Source: Clostridia bacterium (GTDB taxonomy: Bacteria > Bacillota > Clostridia > Oscillospirales > CAG-272). From it: 42,368 bases of DNA. The first letter of the stretch is position 1; each line of letters opens with the position of its first letter. Both the position numbers and the translations under genes were made by a program. The stretch spans positions 1-42,368 of the forward strand of contig JAFTXK010000099.1 of the NCBI GenBank assembly GCA_017461635.1, read 5' to 3'. This document shows positions 8,710-18,883 of the stretch, in pieces. The notes below the pieces were generated by a model, which was not told the DNA's origin, made no database searches, and worked only from the letters and a program-made list of their open reading frames with translations.

Positions 8710-11700
8710 ATGAAAACTTTAAAAAAGAAACAAATTATTGCTTTTTTGGTTATGGTAATGTTTGTTATGCTGAGCTTCTCTGCATATGCAACCGAATCAA
8801 AAATAACCGTAACCGAATACGGCTATGTGTCGGACGGTCTCGTTTCCTATTATAAAGGAAGCGGCAATGAGGGTAAAACCTATTGGGAAGACCTTGCAGG
8901 TGATAACGATATCACAGGTCTTACTCTTGATGACACAAACAAGTTTACAAACAAAGGTCTGCAGATTACATCTACAAAACAAACTCTTCCCACCGGTATT
9001 AAAAACGTCCTTACGGGCGATAGCTTCACCGTGGAGATCTATCTCAGCGATTTTGTGAATAACTCTGTCTCGTTCAATAATATTTTGAAATGCGGCGAGC
9101 CTTTCTCGTTCTTCGTAAGAAACAACGAGGACACTCAATACATCGAATTTAAACATATAGGCGGCGGAGCAGAGGGGGCACGCCATAAGGTGTCGATCTC
9201 GCCCGCGGAGGATTTGAAGGATGGTTTGCTGTCTCTGACATATACCGTCGGCGGTACAACATGTCTTTATCTTGACGGTGTACTTATAAGCGAAAAGACA
9301 TCAGCACTGGATAATTTGGATATTTCATCAAGTCCTGCTATCGGCGAAGGAGTAGATGCGGTTTATAATTCCATGCGTTGCTATAACCGCGCACTCTCGG
9401 TAGAGGAAATAATGATAAATGCTGCTGCCGATGTTGCAAAGAATGAATACGGCTTTGCCGCAGACGGACTTGTTTCCTATTATGAGGGAAGCGGCAACGT
9501 AGACGCAACAGAATGGAAAGACCTGGTTGGCGAAAACCATATTACTGCGGCTACTGATACACTTAAGGGTCTTACAATAAATGATACCAACTACTTTACC
9601 GAAAAGGGCTTTGCGGTAAATAATACAATGCAGTATCTCCCTTCGGCTATTATAGACGATGTTATTGCAACATCTGCCTTTACAGTTGAGATCCACCTCA
9701 GCGATTTTACACCTGCCAATCAAAGCTGGTGCCACATTCTGAAGCATGATACCGATAATTTTTCATTCTACATTGATAGTATAGGTAATGAGCTGAAATT
9801 TAAAAATGAGGCAGATGGCAGCAGTGGCAGCAGACCTACATCAACAGGTATGCTTGACAAGCTTCAGGATGGGCTTCTCACCTTGACATTTGCCGCAGGA
9901 GGCAAGACCGCTGTTTACCTTAACGGCGAGCTGCTTTCATCGGCAACTGCCGCTACCGGCAATCTGAATCTGGACAGTACAAAGGGGCTGTTTTTTGGCA
10001 ACGGTTTTGCTGCTGTATATGAATCCATGCGTTTCTATAACCGCGTTCTTGACCCCAAAGAGATCATGGCAAATGCAATAACCGAAATGGAGTTGACTGA
10101 AACAGCGCCCGATCCCGAGCCCGAGCCCACACCCGAGATTCCCTATGTAACCGATGGTCTTGTTTCCTATTATGAAGGAACGGGCAACGAGGGTAAAACC
10201 ACATGGGACGACCTTGTAGGTGATAATGATATTACCAATCTAAAAACAGACGATAACAATTATTTCACTGAAGAAGGCTTTAAGATCTATACCAATGTAG
10301 AGAAAGCCGGCATTATGCCCGATGCCATTGCAGCGCTTCTCGAAGGCGATGCCTTTACCTTTGAGATACATATAAGCGATCTTAAAGATGAAGGTGTGGA
10401 TGCATCACATGGCTATAATGATTTATTGAAGCATGATGCAAATAACTTTTCTTTTTACAGACAGTTTTCTTCAGATACAATTTACTTAAAAAACAACCAA
10501 GATGGCAGCCGTCCCACCGCCTCTGAAGCACTTGACACCTTGCAGGATGCTATCATTACTGTTACCTTTGCAAAAGGCGGCAAGACTGCAATTTATGTAA
10601 ATGGTGAGCTCTCCACATCTGTTGATGCCTCACCTTCGAATATCGGGCTTTCCACAGAAAATGGTAATAATCTTTATTTCGGCTATAATGTTAACGCCGT
10701 ATATAAAGCAATGCGTTTCTATAACCGCGTGCTTACCGAGGATGAGATAAAAGCAAATGTTGAAGCAGCAGGCATGACGCCTCTACCTACATATATCGAT
10801 GTTGCACAGCCTGTGACCAATATCGTAGGCGATATCTCTGCGATTCGCGAGGTTAGCAGTGCGGCAGAGCTCTCTGAGCTTCTTGCAGATTCTGCTATGC
10901 TCCCCGCAACAGCAATCTTCACAGCAGATAAATCTCTGAATCTTCTTGATGAAAACGGAAATGCTTTTTCTACAGTTTCAGAGATCATCGCTGAAATGGG
11001 ATATCAGATCATCCCCGCATTCCGAGTTGAAACAGAAGAGGCGGCAGTGGCTGTCGGCACATGGCTGAATGAGAATTTTACCGATGCATTCATTATCAGC
11101 TCATCACCTACCGTTCTTGCGGCAGGAAGAACAGTAGCTCCACTTGTTGGCGGCGTTATAGACTATAGCAATACCTATGCTCTCAAAACCGCGCTCACAA
11201 AGGATGACTGCATTGCTATCCGTAAGGAGATCTTTAAGAATATGGCAACCGTTGCCATTCTTCCGGGTGGACTTTGCGATGCTGACACAGTTCAGTATCT
11301 CTATGAGCGCCAAGTCGGAGTTTGGGCAAGCATTTCCGATGAACCCACTACAGCCGAAACCTTCGGCGCAGTGAATAGCGGTGCTCTCGGCGTTATTTCC
11401 GATGATACCGCACTCGTTCTCAATACAGCAATAAATCTCCCCGAAATGACCATGACCCGCACACCTCTTAATATCGCTCATATGGGCTTTGCTGATACGG
11501 GTATTAAGAGAAATCACTATAGCGGCATCGTTTATTCCTATGAAAAAGGCGGAAAGACCATCGAATTTGATGTTTATCTCACTGCCGAAGATACAGACGG
11601 CTCAAGACAGCTTATTATCAACCATGATGCAACCATCACGGCAACCGACGGCAATACATATACCATCGCCGAAACCCCTTGGTCAACTCTGAAGGAGCTG

Positions 11701-14112
11701 AAGACCGCATCAGGCGATTATGAATTTGATATTTCAACCGTTGAAAGCGTTTTTGAATATTTCAAGGATAAGGAGGATGCAATACTTCTTCCCGAGCTTA
11801 AGGCGGCAAGTGATATCAGCGTTGTTGAAGAGATATGGAAGCTGATAGAGAAATACGGTCTCTATGATAATGTGGTCGGACTCACCTTCAGCACGGATTT
11901 CATTGCAAAATCCAGAGAGATATGCCCCGAACTGCCCTTTGTAAAGGTCGGTTACAACAGTCCTGTTTTTGAGGGCAATACAGATGGTGGAATTCTTGGC
12001 GTAAAGAAGCTTGTAGGTGAATTAAATGCCATTTATGATGCTTCTGTCGGCGACACTGTTGCACATGGCTCTGCAAGAGCGATGCTGAAGCGCGGTATGC
12101 TTCTCTATGCTTTCGATAATACAACTGCAAAGATACCGTGGTATTTCATGACAGGTACCAGCTCTATTTCAAATGACTGGGTTGACGGTAATATCATAAA
12201 TTATCCCCTTAATATAAATGTCATGGGTGCGGCTGACGGCGAATATGTAGTACCCGGCAAAACCCTGAGCCTCAGCGCAGTTGTTGATTCATACAGATAC
12301 CTTGATACCTCTGTGACCGATTTCACAGTTGAAATTCTCGCGGGCGCAGATCTTGTTACCGTTAGCGGTGCTGATCTGACCTTCGGAGAGACAGCAGGTA
12401 AGGTTACCTTCGTTCTTTCATATACAAAGACCATACCTCAGAGAATTGACAGCGAAGTTGAAACATATCCCGAAATGGAATATACCGTATATTCCGATCC
12501 AATAACTGTCATTATCACTGATTTTGACGGCTCTGTAAAAACAGAGGGCTACTCCATCAAGCTGAAACCTACCAAGACCGCTGAAAACGGTCTCCGCAGT
12601 ATCTTCTCCTTTGATAATAATAAGAACGCCTTCTTTGTGGATCAGGGCTATGAGCTTCTCGAATACGGCGCAGTTGCAGTCTCCGAGGCAAGATATATCC
12701 TTGACGGAAGCGTTGTTACCATAAGCTCTCAAGCCGATGCCGAGGGTAATTATCAGCTCGAAACAGGCGGTCAAAAGGTCGTTGTTTGGAAGAATAACGA
12801 ACCCGTAGGTAAAACGCTCGGAACAAAGGACGGAATCGTTTACTATTGCCTTGCAGTAACAAATTATACCAAGAATCACAGCGATAATGTATATTTCTGC
12901 GCATACTCCATCTATGAAGATCCGAACGGCAAAATTATTGTAACCACCAAGGACTATGGAATTGATGGCTATAATGCTGTAAACCTCTATCAGACCACTC
13001 TCGATATGTATATAAACGGCGCGATCAATTCTTCAAATACACATGATACCGCCGTTTGGAATACTCTTCTCACCGGTGCAGTCACCCTCACCGAGAGCGA
13101 TTATCGTGCAGACCAGGTCTATAAGCTTGATGCCGATGGAAATGCAACAACAGAATATTATTCCGGCGATTTCGAATTCAAGGAAATTCCCCTTTGGATG
13201 AAGAAGAGTGTAAATAACGATATCAAGCTTACTCTCTTAAATAATCCCAATAATACTGCAGATACCTCGGATGATACATGGGTAGCTGTCTATCGCGGAA
13301 GCGGTTCTCTTATTTCAAATTATGATAACCGTACTTATTCACAGCTCAGTGCTTGTGAGGGTGATGTTATCGGTAATATTTCCGCTTCCGGACTTGCGGC
13401 TTCCAGCCCCAGACTTCTTCCGGAATCGACTAATAAGATCAGAACTGTTATAATGGATGATGGCATTACGGGCTTTGGTGATTATGTTTGGTTCAGAGTA
13501 TATAAGATCGAGACTGTTGTATATCCCAAATCTGTTACAACTGTTGCCGCTAGTGCATTCTATTATGTACAAAATCTTAAGACTGTTTACAGAGCAAATG
13601 CCACAGGCGAGATGCAGAATAATACCGAAGGACTTGTTGATCTTTCAAATGTTGAAAGTGTAAATACAGCGGCTCTTCTCCGAAACTCCTTCGGTATGAG
13701 CGCGGTTCATCTGCCGAGAAATATTACAACTATTGATACAAAGTTCCGTGAGGAAAACTACAGTAATAATCTGACCAAGATCTGGTGCGGCGATACAGCA
13801 ATGCCTGCAGATGGAATCATTGATCTTACAGGTGCTGTAAATCTTACAAAGTTTGGTAATAACAGTCTTAACAACATGCCCAAGATCACTGTAGTAAAAC
13901 TGCCTGATAGCTGTACCTCTTTCGGTACCGATGTGTTCAAAAATACTCCAATAACAGAGATCTGGCAGGCAACCTATAATGCAGATGTTGCCGCATATTG
14001 TGAAACAAACGGTTTGAAGTATTACGATATGAAGGGCAATGAGCAGGTTGATCCCCTGTCGATCCCCGGTGATGTTGAAGCAGGCGAATCAGCAGTTTGG
14101 CCTGAGTCCTGA
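8710..14112 (+). CDS. Giant secreted protein (1800 aa): signal peptide, 3 LamG/ConA-like repeats, degenerate + intact glycerophosphodiester phosphodiesterase-like domains, Ig-like and unknown module, BspA-like LRR tail
   Basis: GGAGG RBS then ATG 8710; N-terminus MKTLKKKQIIAFLVM...AYA; three ~200-aa repeats DGLVSYY...FTVEI...MRFYNRVL; GDPD motifs NIAHMG, IEFDV, IINHD and PELK; tail with VHLPRNITTI and VKLPDSCTSFG. Confidence 0.75.
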   Translation: MKTLKKKQIIAFLVMVMFVMLSFSAYATESKITVTEYGYVSDGLVSYYKGSGNEGKTYWEDLAGDNDITGLTLDDTNKFTNKGLQITSTKQTLPTGIKNVLTGDSFTVEIYLSDFVNNSVSFNNILKCGEPFSFFVRNNEDTQYIEFKHIGGGAEGARHKVSISPAEDLKDGLLSLTYTVGGTTCLYLDGVLISEKTSALDNLDISSSPAIGEGVDAVYNSMRCYNRALSVEEIMINAAADVAKNEYGFAADGLVSYYEGSGNVDATEWKDLVGENHITAATDTLKGLTINDTNYFTEKGFAVNNTMQYLPSAIIDDVIATSAFTVEIHLSDFTPANQSWCHILKHDTDNFSFYIDSIGNELKFKNEADGSSGSRPTSTGMLDKLQDGLLTLTFAAGGKTAVYLNGELLSSATAATGNLNLDSTKGLFFGNGFAAVYESMRFYNRVLDPKEIMANAITEMELTETAPDPEPEPTPEIPYVTDGLVSYYEGTGNEGKTTWDDLVGDNDITNLKTDDNNYFTEEGFKIYTNVEKAGIMPDAIAALLEGDAFTFEIHISDLKDEGVDASHGYNDLLKHDANNFSFYRQFSSDTIYLKNNQDGSRPTASEALDTLQDAIITVTFAKGGKTAIYVNGELSTSVDASPSNIGLSTENGNNLYFGYNVNAVYKAMRFYNRVLTEDEIKANVEAAGMTPLPTYIDVAQPVTNIVGDISAIREVSSAAELSELLADSAMLPATAIFTADKSLNLLDENGNAFSTVSEIIAEMGYQIIPAFRVETEEAAVAVGTWLNENFTDAFIISSSPTVLAAGRTVAPLVGGVIDYSNTYALKTALTKDDCIAIRKEIFKNMATVAILPGGLCDADTVQYLYERQVGVWASISDEPTTAETFGAVNSGALGVISDDTALVLNTAINLPEMTMTRTPLNIAHMGFADTGIKRNHYSGIVYSYEKGGKTIEFDVYLTAEDTDGSRQLIINHDATITATDGNTYTIAETPWSTLKELKTASGDYEFDISTVESVFEYFKDKEDAILLPELKAASDISVVEEIWKLIEKYGLYDNVVGLTFSTDFIAKSREICPELPFVKVGYNSPVFEGNTDGGILGVKKLVGELNAIYDASVGDTVAHGSARAMLKRGMLLYAFDNTTAKIPWYFMTGTSSISNDWVDGNIINYPLNINVMGAADGEYVVPGKTLSLSAVVDSYRYLDTSVTDFTVEILAGADLVTVSGADLTFGETAGKVTFVLSYTKTIPQRIDSEVETYPEMEYTVYSDPITVIITDFDGSVKTEGYSIKLKPTKTAENGLRSIFSFDNNKNAFFVDQGYELLEYGAVAVSEARYILDGSVVTISSQADAEGNYQLETGGQKVVVWKNNEPVGKTLGTKDGIVYYCLAVTNYTKNHSDNVYFCAYSIYEDPNGKIIVTTKDYGIDGYNAVNLYQTTLDMYINGAINSSNTHDTAVWNTLLTGAVTLTESDYRADQVYKLDADGNATTEYYSGDFEFKEIPLWMKKSVNNDIKLTLLNNPNNTADTSDDTWVAVYRGSGSLISNYDNRTYSQLSACEGDVIGNISASGLAASSPRLLPESTNKIRTVIMDDGITGFGDYVWFRVYKIETVVYPKSVTTVAASAFYYVQNLKTVYRANATGEMQNNTEGLVDLSNVESVNTAALLRNSFGMSAVHLPRNITTIDTKFREENYSNNLTKIWCGDTAMPADGIIDLTGAVNLTKFGNNSLNNMPKITVVKLPDSCTSFGTDVFKNTPITEIWQATYNADVAAYCETNGLKYYDMKGNEQVDPLSIPGDVEAGESAVWPES
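8815..10758 (+). repeat. Three tandem LamG-like coding repeats (starting ~8815, ~9445, ~10144); a fourth copy lies at ~14355-14990
   Basis: Recurring peptides DGLV(S/A)YY and (M)R(F/C)YNR(V/A)L; near-identical DNA atgcg(t/c)ttctataaccgcgtgcttaccgagga at ~10711 and ~14934; PEPEPTPE linker at ~10110-10140. Confidence 0.85.
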
Positions 14113-14136
14113 TCCTTATTCAAAATATCAAATTCC

Positions 14137-14207
14137 CGGCGGCCGCTTTTGGCGTTCAGTTTCTTCCTTTCATAATTTATATATAATTTTTTAAACTGCG
14201 GCCGCCG
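14137..14207. repeat. GC-rich inverted repeat around an AT-rich spacer between the two giant genes
   Basis: cggcggccgc (14137-14146) and gcggccgccg (14198-14207), with inner cagttt/aaactg. Confidence 0.6.
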
Positions 14208-14243
14208 ACTTTATTAAAAAACGCATAATTAAGGAGATAGATC

Positions 14244-17200
14244 ATGAAAAGATCAATATTAAACCTTTGCGTGATAATTACGCTCATTGCAGCCATGCTG
14301 TCGAGCTTCGCGCTGGTTTCATTTGCTTCTGAAGCAAATGAAATTGCGAAGAATGAATATGGTTATGTTTCAGACGGTCTTGTTGCATATTACGGCGAGG
14401 GCGGAGATACCGAAAATAAGCTCTGGAAGGATCTTTCGGGAAATAATAACGATTTTTCCGTAACCCTTAACACTGCAAACTATTTTGATGCCGAAGGCGG
14501 CGGACTTAAGGTTGGCTCAACCCAGCATTATCTCCCTGAGGCTGTTTGCAATGTTCTTTTGGGCGAAAGCTTCACTATTGAGCTTCATATCAGCGATTTT
14601 GTTGATACAGATGAAACCTACAATAGATTTGTCCATTACGGCGAAGCATTTTCTCTTTTCAGAAATGACAGCTCGGACACGCTTTATTTAAAGAATGGAT
14701 ATTATCCTTCTGATGACGAAAGCTTGGTTCAGGGAGAGCGTCCTTCTATCACAAAAGCTGATAAGAATCTTCAGAACGATCTTGTCACTCTTACCTATGA
14801 TGCAGACGGAAAGACCGCCTTCTATCTGAACGGCGAGCTTATAACGAGTGTATCTACCTCCGGTAAGGCAATTGGTCCTAAGAGCACCGATAAGCTTTGC
14901 ATCGGTGAGGGATGCGATGCATTTTACCGTTCGATGCGCTTCTATAACCGCGTGCTTACCGAGGAGGAGATCAAGTCAAATGTAGCAAATGACGGCTTAA
15001 CTCCCTCTCCCTCATATATTTCGGTAGCACAGCCCGTAACAAATGTTATCGGCGATATCTCCGCTGTAAGAGAGATCAACAGCGCAGAGGAGCTTGCCGA
15101 AGTTATAGCTGCCGAAAATAAACCCTCCACAGCGATCTTTACCGTAGATTCTTCTTTGAAAGTCCTTGACGATAGCGGAGCTGAGATATCCAAAGTTCTT
15201 GATGTCATTGCGGCAATGGAATATAAGATAATACCCGTTTTCAGAGCCGAGGATATTGCCACAGCAGAAGCTGTTGCGGCATGCCTTGAAGAGAATTTCA
15301 CCGATGCCTTTATTATGAGTTCTGTTCCCGCAGCTTTGAATGCGGCTCGCACTGTAGCTCCCAATGTCGGCGGTGTTATTGACTATACGAATACATATGC
15401 GCTTAAAGTATCTCTCACAGAGGCAGATTGCTCGGCGATCCGCAGTGAAATATATTCAAATAACGCAACCGTTGCAATGCTTCCTGCCGCACTCTGCGAT
15501 ACCGAAACTGTTCATACACTGCTTTGGAATCAGGTAGGCGTTTGGGCAAGACTTTCCGATGCTCCTACAGAGACCGAAAGGTTTGCGGCTATAAAATCAG
15601 GTACTTTCGGCGTTGTTTCCGATGATACCGAAGGCATTCTTGCCACAGCATCGTCGTTGCCCGAAAATACTATTACCCGCCGCCCCATAAATCTGGTTCA
15701 CAGAGGCGCAACCGATTCCGAAACTATCGTAAAGAATACATATGAAAGCGTTGTTTATGCCTATGAGCAGGGCGCAAAGTATATTGAATTCGATATACAT
15801 ATGACAGCACCCGAGGAGGGTGGAGATGACAGCACGAGAAAGATAGTTCTCCATCATGATGCCAATACATCCGCCTCCAATAGTATTGACGGAACTACAG
15901 TTTATGATATCTCCGAAACAGCTTGGTCTGTTCTCTATGAAAATATGATCTTCAATTATACAGATAGTGCAGGAAATATTACCGGAAGCTATAAATTATC
16001 GGATTTTGAGGACGTATGCAAATATTTTGCAGGCGAGGTTGACGGCACTCCAAAAACAGACTGCATGCTCTTTGTTGAAGCAAAAGCGGGCAATGATGTT
16101 ATGATGATCGAAATGCTCTATGATCTCATTAAAGACTATGGACTTGAGGATCAGTTCGCTCTTCTCACATTCGAAACCTCTTATATAAAGAAGCTTCGTG
16201 AGATTGCTCCCCATATTCCTACAACTCTGCTGGTTTCGAATTCCAATATCGTCGATTCCAATGCAGATATGACCCTTCAGGGCGTAAGAGAGCTGGTCAT
16301 GCCCATCAATTCTATCTATGAGCCCGCACAGTATAATTCGGGCGACAATCTCGGCAAGGTGAGCGCAAGAGCTCTTCTTAAGCGCGGTATTTTCCTTTAT
16401 GTTTGGTCGAGCGGAAGCGAGATCGATTGCACAGCAAAGGGCTATAACGGAATCACCTCCGATAATCATTGGCTTCTCAATGCCTTCCCCTGGGATATAA
16501 CCGTTAGCGGCATCAGAGAGGATGGGCTCGTAAGCGCAGGCGGAGCACTTGATATTTCCGCTTACGGCGAGACATATGATGAGAGCGTAGCTCTTGACGG
16601 CATATCCGTAAAGATACTTGAAGGCGCAGACCTTGTAAAAGCTCTTGACGGAAGAAGGATCACCTTCGGAGAAAACACGGGCAATGTAACTTTTGCCGCT
16701 GAATATTCATTCCAGAATAGCGGATATACCTTCACAGTATATTCCGATCCCGTAACTGTCGAGATTACAGATCAGGTCTTCTTTGACGGTGCTGTAAAGA
16801 CCGAGGGCTTTGCTATTCGTATGGAGGAATATAACGGTCTCAGAGGCTTATTCAGCTTCGATACCAATAAGAATGCTGCCTTTATAAGACAGGGATATGA
16901 GCTCATCGAATATGGCGCAATAGCCGTTTCGGAAGAGGTATATAAGGCAAACGGAAATACCGTAACCCTTGACCCCGAAACCTTTGAGCTTACCTGTGTA
17001 GGATATAAAGCCCCCGTAAGGATCGGCGATAAATATCAGAATAAGACCCTTGGAACTAAAGACGGTATCGAATCCTACTGTCTTGCAATAACAAATTTTG
17101 AAAAGCATTTTAATGATAATGTATATTTCTGCGCATATTCCGTTTATAAAGATCCGAATGGCGAACCGGTTATAACTCTGAAGGATTACGGCATTGAGGG

Positions 17201-18230
17201 ATATAATACCGTAAATCTCTATCAGCTCACACTCGATATGTATGTAAACGGTGCTATCAATGCATACAATACCGATGTGGCTGCCGTATGGAATACGCTT
17301 CTTACAGGCGTTGTAACTCTCTCCGAGGGTACAGACTATGTCGAATCCGAGACCTTTGGCGATACCTTTATTATGAAGGAATTTGCTGCATGTGGAACGG
17401 CGGCTGTTGCCGGAATAACCCTGACTGTTGTCAATGATCCGAAAAATGATGAGTGGATTCTTATCTATAGGGGCGAGGGTAATATCCCCGGCACAGGCTG
17501 GGATATCAAGCATCAGCTTGCAAGCGAGCGCGCCGAAGCTTATGCGCTTACCAATCCTATTCTTACCGCAGAATCCGATTCCAAGATAACGACTGTTATT
17601 ATCGATTACGGAATCACGGGAATTTCCGGAGCTTACTCATTTGCTCAGCTTAATTTTGATACCCTGGTATATTCGGATACCTTTAAGACAACGAAGGGCA
17701 GTATGTATTATCATTGCCCGAATATCGTTACAGCTTATAAGGCAATGGCTGACGGCGAGATGCATACCGTAGAGGAAAGACTGGCGGATTATTCTCATGT
17801 TGATAATCTTGAAACAGGTGCTATGTTTGTTAATGTATCTGCACCTCCTTCCAAGATACATTTGCCTTCAACCCTTACAGCTATTGCAAATAATTTCCTC
17901 AAGGGTGCCTGGAGTACTGCCAGAGTTACGAAGATATGGTGCGGTGATACAGTAGAGCCCGAGGCAGGCGTGATCGACCTTACCGGTGCGAATATCGTAT
18001 CTATCGGTGCATATGCATTCCCATATCTTGTAAATATCAATACCATAAAGCTTCCCGATAGTTGCACCACTATCGATTCAACGGTATTTACCGATGCAGA
18101 TAGAGGTACTACCCCGATCAAAACCGTTATGCAGAATACCTATAACGCTTCCATAGCGGAATTCTGCACGACTAACGGTTATACCTATTGTAACCTCAGC
18201 GGCACTGTTCATACCGCTCCCGCTGAATAA
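14244..18230 (+). CDS. Secreted paralog (1328 aa): signal peptide, 1 LamG-like domain, degenerate + intact GDPD-like domains, shared module, LRR-like tail
   Basis: AAGGAG RBS; signal peptide ending VSFA; GDPD motifs LVHRG, IEFDI, VLHHD, VEAK and GITSD; collinear with the upstream gene. Confidence 0.78.
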   Translation: MKRSILNLCVIITLIAAMLSSFALVSFASEANEIAKNEYGYVSDGLVAYYGEGGDTENKLWKDLSGNNNDFSVTLNTANYFDAEGGGLKVGSTQHYLPEAVCNVLLGESFTIELHISDFVDTDETYNRFVHYGEAFSLFRNDSSDTLYLKNGYYPSDDESLVQGERPSITKADKNLQNDLVTLTYDADGKTAFYLNGELITSVSTSGKAIGPKSTDKLCIGEGCDAFYRSMRFYNRVLTEEEIKSNVANDGLTPSPSYISVAQPVTNVIGDISAVREINSAEELAEVIAAENKPSTAIFTVDSSLKVLDDSGAEISKVLDVIAAMEYKIIPVFRAEDIATAEAVAACLEENFTDAFIMSSVPAALNAARTVAPNVGGVIDYTNTYALKVSLTEADCSAIRSEIYSNNATVAMLPAALCDTETVHTLLWNQVGVWARLSDAPTETERFAAIKSGTFGVVSDDTEGILATASSLPENTITRRPINLVHRGATDSETIVKNTYESVVYAYEQGAKYIEFDIHMTAPEEGGDDSTRKIVLHHDANTSASNSIDGTTVYDISETAWSVLYENMIFNYTDSAGNITGSYKLSDFEDVCKYFAGEVDGTPKTDCMLFVEAKAGNDVMMIEMLYDLIKDYGLEDQFALLTFETSYIKKLREIAPHIPTTLLVSNSNIVDSNADMTLQGVRELVMPINSIYEPAQYNSGDNLGKVSARALLKRGIFLYVWSSGSEIDCTAKGYNGITSDNHWLLNAFPWDITVSGIREDGLVSAGGALDISAYGETYDESVALDGISVKILEGADLVKALDGRRITFGENTGNVTFAAEYSFQNSGYTFTVYSDPVTVEITDQVFFDGAVKTEGFAIRMEEYNGLRGLFSFDTNKNAAFIRQGYELIEYGAIAVSEEVYKANGNTVTLDPETFELTCVGYKAPVRIGDKYQNKTLGTKDGIESYCLAITNFEKHFNDNVYFCAYSVYKDPNGEPVITLKDYGIEGYNTVNLYQLTLDMYVNGAINAYNTDVAAVWNTLLTGVVTLSEGTDYVESETFGDTFIMKEFAACGTAAVAGITLTVVNDPKNDEWILIYRGEGNIPGTGWDIKHQLASERAEAYALTNPILTAESDSKITTVIIDYGITGISGAYSFAQLNFDTLVYSDTFKTTKGSMYYHCPNIVTAYKAMADGEMHTVEERLADYSHVDNLETGAMFVNVSAPPSKIHLPSTLTAIANNFLKGAWSTARVTKIWCGDTVEPEAGVIDLTGANIVSIGAYAFPYLVNINTIKLPDSCTTIDSTVFTDADRGTTPIKTVMQNTYNASIAEFCTTNGYTYCNLSGTVHTAPAE

Positions 18231-18234
18231 TTCA

Positions 18235-18275
18235 AACTAAAAAACGGACTGCCTCGTGCAGTCCGTTTTTTAGTT
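18235..18275. terminator. Bidirectional intrinsic terminator
   Basis: aactaaaaaacggactgc-ctcgt-gcagtccgttttttagtt between convergent genes. Confidence 0.88.
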
Positions 18276-18855
18276 ATTCATAAAATTCATCTCTCAGTAT
18301 CGCGCAAACGCCGATGTTTTTGTATTCGCCCTTAATGAGCATTCCGCCGCGGCGTATTCCCTCAAAGGTCATGCCCGCCTTTTCCATAACTCTTCTGCTG
18401 GCATCGTTTCCCTCAATGAATTTTGCCTCGGCTCTGTTCAAAGCGAGGTTGTCAAAGCCGAATTCCATCACGGCATGAAGCGCTTCGGGTGCAATACCCT
18501 GACCTCTGTATTTTGGATTGAGAACATATCCCATTTCCGCGCAGTCGTTTGAATAATCAAAGGCTGTAAAGCCGCAGGTTCCTATCATCTTTCCGTTTTC
18601 CTTCAGAGTGATCGCCCAGTCAAAGAAATCTCCGACGCGATATCTTGTCCCAAGATATTCAAGATAATCCCGAGTATAGCGCATATCGGGGTGTGGAAAC
18701 CAGGTTAGATATCTTGTAACATCACTGTCGCATGCATATTCATACATATCCTCGGCATCATCTGCACGAAGCCGACGCAATATCAGACGCTCGGTCTCAA
18801 TATCCGGCATCCTGGTAAAAATTTTGTATATCAAAGCTCTTTTAATGGTCATCAA
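18274..18855 (-). CDS. RimJ/RimL-type GNAT N-acetyltransferase
   Basis: IETERLILRR, AEMGYVLNPKYRGQGIAPEA and NDASRRVMEKAGMTFEG motifs. Confidence 0.9.
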   Translation of the reverse strand: MMTIKRALIYKIFTRMPDIETERLILRRLRADDAEDMYEYACDSDVTRYLTWFPHPDMRYTRDYLEYLGTRYRVGDFFDWAITLKENGKMIGTCGFTAFDYSNDCAEMGYVLNPKYRGQGIAPEALHAVMEFGFDNLALNRAEAKFIEGNDASRRVMEKAGMTFEGIRRGGMLIKGEYKNIGVCAILRDEFYE

Positions 18856-18883
18856 CCCCTGTTTTTGTTAAGTTGATGCTTAC

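Noticed and set aside
14139-14205. Two NotI sites suggesting a cloning artefact
   Set aside because: They are the arms of a natural inverted repeat; no vector sequence is evident.
8815-14990. CRISPR array or DGR template/variable repeats suggested by recurring DNA segments
   Set aside because: The repeats are in-frame protein domain duplications, not regularly spaced; no cas or reverse transcriptase gene is present.
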